The translations under genes and the position numbers were made by a program. This document shows, piece by piece, positions 56,597 to 64,000 of a stretch of 64,000 bases of DNA. The first letter of the stretch is position 1. The number at the start of each line of letters is the position of its first letter. The notes under the pieces were generated by a model that saw nothing but the letters and a program-made list of their open reading frames with translations, was not told where the DNA came from and did not search any database. Origin of the DNA: Candidatus Bathyarchaeia archaeon (lineage in GTDB: Archaea; Thermoproteota; Bathyarchaeia; Bathyarchaeales; Bathycorpusculaceae); assembly GCA_050015395.1 (NCBI GenBank), contig JBEKBM010000003.1, positions 1 through 64,000 of the forward strand. Reading direction: 5' to 3'.

Positions 56597-58276
56597 CTAC
56601 TCTTTTTCCGTGGGTTTTTTTTGTCCGTATACGTATTTTCCGCCTCTTAGCGCGGAGCAAACTGCGGCTGCAACGCACATTATCGCGCCGATGACGAACG
56701 CCTCTCTCAGCGCAGTCATGAACGGAGCTGAAATTGCATTTGGGAAGAAGGTTGATCCCGTGAGATAATTAATCGTTGCTGTTGGTATGGAGCTTACTAA
56801 CGATGAAGGAAGGGTGTGAAGTATCGTTGCGACTGGGTTGTAGCCTAGAAAGGATGCGAAGAGGGCCCCTGAGGCTGGCGTAGCACTGAAGGCCTGTGCA
56901 AGCTGCGAAGGCGCACCGGCACTTGTAACTGCAGCTGCTAGGGCACTTGGAAGACTCCCGGTGAGCGACACTATGATGATGGTGAAAAAGATAGCCTGGC
57001 TTATCGTATTTGCACTGTTCTGTATGGTTGCGCGCATTCCAGATGCGGCACCTCTGTGTTCCGCGGGTACTGAGTTCATTATAGATGCCATGTTAGGAGA
57101 AGCAAAGATGCCACCCCCGATTCCCATTATGAAAAGCACAACCGCAAAAGACAGGTAGATGAAATCAGCTGGGAGCAGCACGAACCCTGCGAAAGCAGCG
57201 GCGGAAATCACCATACCCGAAGTAGCGAGTAGTCTTGCGCCGTGTTTGTCTGATAGCCAGCCACTGATCGGTCCAGTTAAGACAAAACCTATCGACATGG
57301 GTATCATTAATATGCCACACCAAAACGGTGTGGAATCAAAGCTGTACCCATGGAGAGGAAGCCATATTCCTTGAAGCAATATGATAAGCATTATCATCAC
57401 TCCGCCCCTTGACATGGTACTGAAAAGCGAAGCAAGGTTACCTGCACTAAACGCTCTTATCTTAAACAGATCAAGCCTAAACATTGGCTCAGCGACATGG
57501 TTTTCGATAAACGGAAAAGCAACAAGAAGACCCGCCCCGACGACGAGAGAAGCAATGACCCATGGATTACCCCAGCCCATAGCCGAGTTCCCATAAGGTA
57601 TCAAACCGTAGATAACGCCTGCTAGAATTAATGTTAATCCCCCGCCAAAAGCGATGTTCCCCCAAATGTCCAATTTTTGGTTTCTTCTAATAGTGCCGCG
57701 CTCTTTCAGCTTCATGTACGACCAGACCGTGCCTATCACCCCAACTGGCACGCTCACCAGAAACACTAGCCGCCAGTCATAAATCGCTAAAATGCCTCCC
57801 AGAACCAGACCTATTATAGAACCGGCGAGGAAAGATATCTGGTTTATTCCAAGTGCTTTTCCGCGTTCATTGGTTGGGAATGCGTCAGTTATTATTGCAG
57901 CGCTGTTTGCGAACAAGAATGCTCCGCCAATTCCTTGGACTATTCTGAAAACTATTATCTCGATAGCCCCTGCGTCACCCTGATTTGGAGTTATTGAAAG
58001 CAAAATCGAGCCAACTGTGAAGATAAGGAATCCAAGGTTGTAGAGCCTTACGCGCCCAAACATGTCTGAAAGTCTGCCAAAAGTGACAAGCAACGTGGCG
58101 GTAACAATGCTGTACCCAAACAGTATCCACAGCATGTACTGAAAAGACGTAAAAGGATTAATGTTAATTCCGCGAAAGATAGCGGGCAACGCAATCAAGA
58201 CAATGGTGCCGTCGATTGAAGCCATCAAAGTGCCAAGCGTAGTATTAGAAAGCGCAACCCACTTGTACTCAACCAT
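56597..58276 (-). CDS. MFS drug:H+ antiporter (DHA2-like)
   Basis: [18 protein letters not shown], about 14 TMs. Confidence 0.92.
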   Translation of the reverse strand: MVEYKWVALSNTTLGTLMASIDGTIVLIALPAIFRGININPFTSFQYMLWILFGYSIVTATLLVTFGRLSDMFGRVRLYNLGFLIFTVGSILLSITPNQGDAGAIEIIVFRIVQGIGGAFLFANSAAIITDAFPTNERGKALGINQISFLAGSIIGLVLGGILAIYDWRLVFLVSVPVGVIGTVWSYMKLKERGTIRRNQKLDIWGNIAFGGGLTLILAGVIYGLIPYGNSAMGWGNPWVIASLVVGAGLLVAFPFIENHVAEPMFRLDLFKIRAFSAGNLASLFSTMSRGGVMIMLIILLQGIWLPLHGYSFDSTPFWCGILMIPMSIGFVLTGPISGWLSDKHGARLLATSGMVISAAAFAGFVLLPADFIYLSFAVVLFIMGIGGGIFASPNMASIMNSVPAEHRGAASGMRATIQNSANTISQAIFFTIIIVSLTGSLPSALAAAVTSAGAPSQLAQAFSATPASGALFASFLGYNPVATILHTLPSSLVSSIPTATINYLTGSTFFPNAISAPFMTALREAFVIGAIMCVAAAVCSALRGGKYVYGQKKPTEKE

Positions 58277-58535
58277 CTGTTTTCACTAAAGTTTTAATTG
58301 GTGTGTCTGATGGGTCATAAATAGTTTACCAACCAAAGCCCACTGTTTTCGCATAACATCTGTTACTGAAAATACATTTCTGAGGTCTTCCTGAGCTTTT
58401 GCAAACTCAAAACAGAGAAAGAAAACTGCAACTCCATAAACGCAGCGCGCAACCAGCCCTCTCGGCTAAAGAAAACTCGTTATAACAAATGATGCCTAAT
58501 TCGGGAGCACCATGCGCGCCATCAAGTTCTAGAAA

Positions 58536-58573
58536 AAATTGCGCTGTTCATGTCAAATTGCGCTGTTCATGTC
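58536..58573. repeat. Perfect 19-bp tandem duplication
   Basis: AAATTGCGCTGTTCATGTC x2. Confidence 0.9.
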
Positions 58574-59172
58574 AAAAATGAAATCAGGTTATTCCAACTC
58601 TTGAAGATAGTTTCGGTTGATGAGACAGAATTTAGATAGAAATAAGGTCTTTATCAGCTTAACAAATGGGTCTATTGCCGCGATTTTGTTCAAGACAAGT
58701 TATATTAAACCTGCGCTTATTATCACCTGCAGGTCGGGGAGCACGCTTTAGACGTGATGCATTGAGGCATGGAGCGTGTCAATTAAAACAGCGGAAAATT
58801 GATACGCGGCAAAGACTTTGCTTCGATGGGCTGGACATGCAAATGTTGCACTGAGGAGATGAGCAGCGTGGTCAAAACGGTGAAAGACCATGAGGCGACG
58901 AAGACACGGCCTCAGTGGACCGCGAACATGTTTAAGGCTCAGACCCAACCTGTTCTTCTTAATAACCTAAACTATAGAAAGCTCTTTCTTTTAATACATA
59001 AAAAAGGTAAGGCCACCTACGGATTGATTCTTTCGTATATTCAAATCGTTCTTTAACAAAATAACTCCATTCATCTCTCGTTGGAGAAGTTACCCTTGTT
59101 AGCCCATATCATGAAAGGGAAAGGATATGTTTGAGAATCTCTCGCATAGTTGTGGAGAGTAAGTCTATGTGT

Positions 59173-59367
59173 ATGGGGAAAGTAGTTGTTCGTTGTCCTG
59201 TATGCAAAAACCAGATTCAGGTCACTAGACCCGACAGCAATCACCCGTTTTGGTCTACAAATAAACCTGTAAAAGACGAAGGCATAGAGAGTGTTGTTGA
59301 GCAAGTTCTTGAATGCAAAAATCCATCATGTGCTTCAAAATTTTCAATTTACTGGTACAACAAATAA
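59173..59367 (+). CDS. Small zinc-ribbon protein
   Basis: MGKVVVRCPVC...CKNPSC; start placed at ATG 59173. Confidence 0.7.
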   Translation: MGKVVVRCPVCKNQIQVTRPDSNHPFWSTNKPVKDEGIESVVEQVLECKNPSCASKFSIYWYNK

Positions 59368-59423
59368 ATAAATACACTGACAAAAAATTGCTGACAATAT
59401 AAGAAAATGACTAAACTGTTTAG

Positions 59424-59975
59424 TCACATGGGTTTAAGGGTCTTTTTGAATATTTCTTCTCGCCACTTGTGCTCCCAGCTTGCCCAACCAGTCTTCACAA
59501 GGCTTTCCCTCAAGTGAGGCTTTTCAGCAACCCACTCCAGAAATGTCCAGAAGCGCCTCTTGTCTTTGAGCATTTCCTCAGGCACCCCTTTTTCAACACA
59601 CCATCTAACATATCCTCTTTCAACCAACTGCTTAAGTTCGCCTGTGGATTCGACCCTTTGAACCTTGAACCCTAAGCTTAGTAAGTACACACCTACACTT
59701 GATAGAACGTATTCTGAACAAACCTTAAAACAGGTTTCAGCGTCAGGCTGCATAACTGCGACAATCTCGTTTGCAATCTTCACCGCGTCATCCAAATATT
59801 TCTTGTTCTTGAAGTTCGGCGGCTGAAAAGAAGAAGTGGGAATTCTGCGCTCCATCACCATAGGGTCTGGAGGCTTGAGCGCGCCAACCACCACGCCCAA
59901 TAAGAGATCGCCCCATCCTGAAGCATCTATCAAAATCGTCTTCCCAGGAAAAAAATAATCCAACGCCAAACTCAA
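59424..59975 (-). CDS. Hypothetical protein, possibly RNase H-like fold
   Basis: ILIDASGWGDLLLGVVVGA resembles the RNase HII N-terminal motif; C-terminal KTGW. Confidence 0.6.
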   Translation of the reverse strand: MSLALDYFFPGKTILIDASGWGDLLLGVVVGALKPPDPMVMERRIPTSSFQPPNFKNKKYLDDAVKIANEIVAVMQPDAETCFKVCSEYVLSSVGVYLLSLGFKVQRVESTGELKQLVERGYVRWCVEKGVPEEMLKDKRRFWTFLEWVAEKPHLRESLVKTGWASWEHKWREEIFKKTLKPM

Positions 59976-60250
59976 TCACCACACTGAGAAATATTTAAGG
60001 GGTTTCTGTTTTTCTGTCTTTTGTTTATCTGGGGCTTTCAATTCAAAAAACAGACTTTAATTCTATTTTAGGAGTGCGTGCGCTTTAGTAAATATTATTC
60101 GGGAAAAGCTTGTGATAATTTTGGCGCATTCTTCTTTTCGTTAATTGGCTGCTTTAAAAATCGGTTAAGCTCCTATTCTGAAAGAGGCAATGGTTGGATT
60201 GGATGTTTACATGAGAATAACGGGAAAAAGAAAAAAGGGGTTTTGAGAGT

Positions 60251-60628
60251 TTACTGTATTCCCCATCTCTTTACGATTTTCACTATCAGGAAGATTACCA
60301 AGGCTACGATAAGGAAAGTTATCAACGCCACAAGGAAGTCACCGATAGTGAATACCCCAGTTGTGTAGGTCGCTAGATTTTTCATGCCTGGTATTAGGAG
60401 TCCTATTGCGGGCAGTAGCAGATCCTTGACGAGTGCCTGAACGAATCCGCCTAGATAAAGACCCAAGATGAAGGCAACGGCGAGACCAAAGACACCGTAT
60501 TTTGACAGAAAATCTTTGAATTCAGGCCACATCCCTTTAGGCGCAGGCGGCGTAGGTTTAGGCTCTAGCAGTTCACGAATTTTCTTGAGCTCATCAAGCA
60601 TTTCTTGGTCGTTTGACATAAAAACCAC
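60251..60628 (-). CDS. mscL: Large-conductance mechanosensitive channel
   Basis: EFKDFL..GVFGLAVAFILG, LVKDLLLP, IGDFL.ALITFLI. Confidence 0.88.
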   Translation of the reverse strand: MVFMSNDQEMLDELKKIRELLEPKPTPPAPKGMWPEFKDFLSKYGVFGLAVAFILGLYLGGFVQALVKDLLLPAIGLLIPGMKNLATYTTGVFTIGDFLVALITFLIVALVIFLIVKIVKRWGIQ

Positions 60629-61254
60629 ACAATCTTATTTGTCGATGACTGCTAATAAAACTATGCAAGACAACAAAAAAAGATAACTATACTTCACAAT
60701 TGTTTAAATCACTATCAGAAAACCCCATAATAACTGTGCATTTGTTTAACAGTTAGAGCAAACCGAGGAAATAGGGGCATAAAACAATCTGCGCCCCTAA
60801 ACATCAAATTGAAGAACAGGCCACAGTGCTACACCGCACTACAAATCTACGAAAAAGACCACAACATACGTCCGAACTTCAGAGCTAATGCTAAACGAAG
60901 GCAAAGCGCTCAAGAAAATGCTCAAATGAAGGGTGACTACAAATTTTGTGAATGTAGTCGCCTCAAAACAAAATGTTTCCCTCCGAATCAAGGCACAGTA
61001 ATCAGCAATTAACCCTAAAGAAGTCAACAACAAATCTTTCATGATGTAGAGGATGAAAGAAAAAAGAATTGCCGTTACAGGAGCAGTTTTTTCTTCTTCT
61101 CGTTAACTGGTTGTTATGAAAATCGAGTCAGCCATAGGTCTGAAACCCCCTATACACCATTGGTTCGGAGTCTGAAGGGCGCCAAAACTCAATGGCAATG
61201 AGTCAAATTTAAATTGTACACCATCCTAAAATGTAGAGCAAACGAGTAGTATTC

Positions 61255-62424
61255 ATGAGACGGATTCCGACACAGTTCTTTACTCCGGTGTGCAGAAACC
61301 CCGAACTCTTGATGAGCTTTATTAGAGGTTCATACAGGGGGGTTGTTAAATCAAGACTAGATTATCGAAATGAAGATGGGAGCAGCTCTGCCCTTTGGTT
61401 GCTGAGCCTGAGAATTACGCATCGTTGTAATCACAGGTGCGCAATCTGTGCACAATGGGGACAAAACGGATACAACGCAAGAGAGGATACACCAAAAGTT
61501 ACCGGAGAAGTCCCAGTTGAAATTTACAAAAAAGTAATAGACGAAGTCGCCCCCAAAAAAGTTCACGTTTACATAACGGGCGGAGAACCTTTTCTCTACG
61601 AACCATTGGTTCCCTTGGTTAACTACATGAAACAAAAAAGACTAACGGTTCAAGTAGTAACAAACGGGGTCGGACTAGAAAAAAACGCTGAAACCATAGT
61701 TGAAAACGGATGGGACATGATTTGCGTCTCCTTCGATGGCCCAAGAGAAATTCACGACAAATGCCGAGGCGTCCCAGGCGCATTAGATACAGCAAAAAAA
61801 GGAATATTGGCGATCCAAAAAATAAAGAAACAGAAAAAAAAGACAAAACCGGGCATCTTCATTATCACAACAATCTCCAAGAACAACGAATCCACATTAC
61901 TTGACACCGTGAAAGAAGCAGAAAAACTAAGCCCTGACGGCATGACAATCTACTACTCATGGTTCACCAAAGAATGGATAGGACAAAAACACACAAAAAT
62001 AGCAGAAGAAAAGTTAGGCGTAACACCTTTCGCATGGAAAGGCTACGTCCGCGACACAACAAAATTGAACATAGACAAAATTGCTGAACAAGTACAACAA
62101 ATAAAATCTAAAAAAGCTTCCATACCCATTCTGTTTGTACCCGACCTCAAACCAGAGGAAATCCGGACGTACTATACTGAACCGGAAAATTTCTTCGGAT
62201 ACAAAAAATGTATTTCACCATGGTTCCAGTTAGACGTAATGCCAAACGGAGATACCGTCACATGTAGAGACTTTCCAGACTTCGTTACAGGAAACATTAA
62301 GGAATCAAGTATCCTCGAAATATACAATAGTGAAAAACACCGCAAATTCAGACGAGCCCTAAGAAGCTGTGACAATGGAGTTTTTCCAATATGCTCCCGA
62401 TGTTGCGGCTTGATGGGGTATTAA
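61255..62424 (+). CDS. Radical SAM/SPASM domain protein
   Basis: CNHRCAIC, TGGEP, C..PW..PNGD..C, C-terminal CSRCC. Confidence 0.9.
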   Translation: MRRIPTQFFTPVCRNPELLMSFIRGSYRGVVKSRLDYRNEDGSSSALWLLSLRITHRCNHRCAICAQWGQNGYNAREDTPKVTGEVPVEIYKKVIDEVAPKKVHVYITGGEPFLYEPLVPLVNYMKQKRLTVQVVTNGVGLEKNAETIVENGWDMICVSFDGPREIHDKCRGVPGALDTAKKGILAIQKIKKQKKKTKPGIFIITTISKNNESTLLDTVKEAEKLSPDGMTIYYSWFTKEWIGQKHTKIAEEKLGVTPFAWKGYVRDTTKLNIDKIAEQVQQIKSKKASIPILFVPDLKPEEIRTYYTEPENFFGYKKCISPWFQLDVMPNGDTVTCRDFPDFVTGNIKESSILEIYNSEKHRKFRRALRSCDNGVFPICSRCCGLMGY

Positions 62425-62454
62425 AAATGCTTTTCGCCTAAGAGGAGAACACAT

Positions 62455-63297
62455 TTGACCGACCAGCTGCCGATTCAGCCAAAAAAGAGGACAGCAAGCA
62501 ACCAAAACTTTTCTATTCAAGCAAACACAAAAGATCATCAACAAAAAAATAGGTTGATCACGATGGAGCCCATAGACGTTGCAATTCTCACCATGAACAG
62601 CGACCGAATGTTGAGGGAATGCATTAATTCTGTTTACAAGAACGTACCAGTTAACAACCTCATTATTATTGATGGCCACTCCACTGACACTACAGCAGAC
62701 ATAGTGAAGGAGTTCCAAGAAAAATACGGGAACGTTAGCTTCATTCAAGAAAAGGGAACAAGAGGCAGCGCTAGGCAGAAAGCAATTCAACTGGTAAAAA
62801 GTGACTGGTTCATGTTTGTCGACAGCGACGTTATCCTGTCAAAAAACTGGTTTGCCGAGGCGGAAAAACTAGTAAAAGACGACGTGGGCGCTATCTGGGG
62901 AATCGAAATTTGGTCAGTGCTAAAAGGATCGAAATTACTGAAGCTGTTTGAAAGGGTTACAATAAAAATATTCGAAAAAAGAGGCGGCACCCACGACACG
63001 TTAATTCGACGAAAAACAGTTGAAGACATCAAAATACCCTACCAGCTGCATACTTACGAGGACGGATACATCAAAGATTGGATCGGCAAAAAAGGCTACA
63101 AGGTACTAGGCGTCTATGAACCGTACTGCATCCATTTTCGTCCAGATGAAGTGTGGACAACCAGAAAACACGTCGAACTCATGGTCAGCGATCTTAAGTA
63201 CGCCGTTCACCGCCCCGTACTTATACTTTCATACGGCTTCTACGCAGCCATCGTTATTTACCAAATTGTCTCAAGCAAATTCAAGCGAACAGGCTAA
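62455..63297 (+). CDS. Glycosyltransferase family 2
   Basis: IIIDGHSTD.T, FVDSD, YED; true start likely the ATG at about 62563. Confidence 0.88.
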   Translation: MTDQLPIQPKKRTASNQNFSIQANTKDHQQKNRLITMEPIDVAILTMNSDRMLRECINSVYKNVPVNNLIIIDGHSTDTTADIVKEFQEKYGNVSFIQEKGTRGSARQKAIQLVKSDWFMFVDSDVILSKNWFAEAEKLVKDDVGAIWGIEIWSVLKGSKLLKLFERVTIKIFEKRGGTHDTLIRRKTVEDIKIPYQLHTYEDGYIKDWIGKKGYKVLGVYEPYCIHFRPDEVWTTRKHVELMVSDLKYAVHRPVLILSYGFYAAIVIYQIVSSKFKRTG

Positions 63298-63486
63298 AAA
63301 GCAAACAGAGGTGGCTTCTCGCCATCGATGATTTTGGCAACAAGGTCGAAAAAACCGTAGCTCAAAAAGGGCTAAGATTAGAAAAGACTTTTCGCTTTAA
63401 GCCTTATTTACGGTCATGGTATTGTGTGGTTTCTCAAAAATATTTCAGGAAATAGTGAGTGAGCATAAAAAACGCTACTTTATTAG

Positions 63487-63999
63487 CTATTTCACTGTCA
63501 CTTTATGCTTTTTAGGTGCGGGTGCAATCGTCTTCTTTGGGATGGAGACTTCGAGTAATCCGTCCTTAAATGTGGATTCAGCTTTCTCAGGGATTACTTC
63601 TTCTGGGAACGACAGTTGTTTGTAAATATGCGAGTAAACGCGTTCTCTGACAACAAAGTTCTTCTCCGTATCTTCTGTTTCAACATCTGTTTCGGCCGAG
63701 ATTTCAATACCATCCGTCGTCAGGGCTACGTCGATCTTGTCTTTAGCTACGCCAGGCATCTCAGCATGCACCACAAACTTGTTTCCCTCATCAACCAGAT
63801 CTACAGTTGCCTCACGAACCGGAACTGTAGGTTCAAGACTTATCCATTCAAATGGAAAAGCTATACTTTCAATGAAATTTTTGCGAAAATTATCCATTAA
63901 ATCGTCAAAGGTCGTCAAAACATGAACCGCAGGAACTTGTTTGGCAGAAATACGTTTAGCAGGAACTTTGGCAAGAACGGGTTTAGCAAGAACATGCTT
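63487..63999 (-). CDS. Hsp20/alpha-crystallin small heat-shock protein, starts beyond the window
   Basis: AEMPGV.K..I, FVVRER, FKDGLLEVSIPK; frame is open to the window edge with xAK repeats. Confidence 0.9.
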   Translation of the reverse strand, partial: KHVLAKPVLAKVPAKRISAKQVPAVHVLTTFDDLMDNFRKNFIESIAFPFEWISLEPTVPVREATVDLVDEGNKFVVHAEMPGVAKDKIDVALTTDGIEISAETDVETEDTEKNFVVRERVYSHIYKQLSFPEEVIPEKAESTFKDGLLEVSIPKKTIAPAPKKHKVTVK

Positions 64000-64000
64000 T

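Noticed and set aside
60931-60963. Hairpin GGTGACTACA...TGTAGTCGCC
   Set aside because: An isolated stem with no associated gene end or second copy; its function cannot be supported.
1-64000. CRISPR array, tRNA/rRNA genes, integrase or transposase
   Set aside because: No regularly spaced repeat-spacer array, recognisable structural RNA or recombinase motif was found by eye. An Infernal/tRNAscan run would be needed to exclude small RNAs.

Overview
Archaeal chromosomal segment. The gene repertoire (LysW pathway, DKFP-type aroA'/aroB', archaeal shikimate kinase, aIF2-alpha, DUF5752, frequent TTG/GTG starts) suggests Bathyarchaeia, which is my inference. Positions 1-42 kb are an amino-acid biosynthesis supercluster: lysWXYZJK with a divergent Lrp regulator, ilvBN-leuCDBA-pheA, a convergent 11-gene aspartokinase/shikimate/tyrA operon, then suhB, pyrF and aconitase. 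Positions 42-64 kb are accessory genes and fragments. Two signals stand out. (1) Candidate amino-acid-sensing leader peptides precede both large operons. MSNCKSKIETSASQLLSFDYYFYHYFP* followed by a perfect 10-bp hairpin precedes the aromatic operon, and MRDRHLNSWNRRVLIL* followed by a T-tract and stem precedes ilv-leu. This suggests ribosome-coupled attenuation-like control in an archaeon. (2) A defence-like cassette stack (MNT-HEPN, SIR2, GATase, RHH plus a small ORF, large HEPN protein) lies between convergent pheA and tyrA. Its cassettes are separated by relic 3' ends of pheA and tyrA, implying repeated integrase-free insertion or allele replacement at core-gene ends. All calls come from manual reading; no searches or folding calculations were run.
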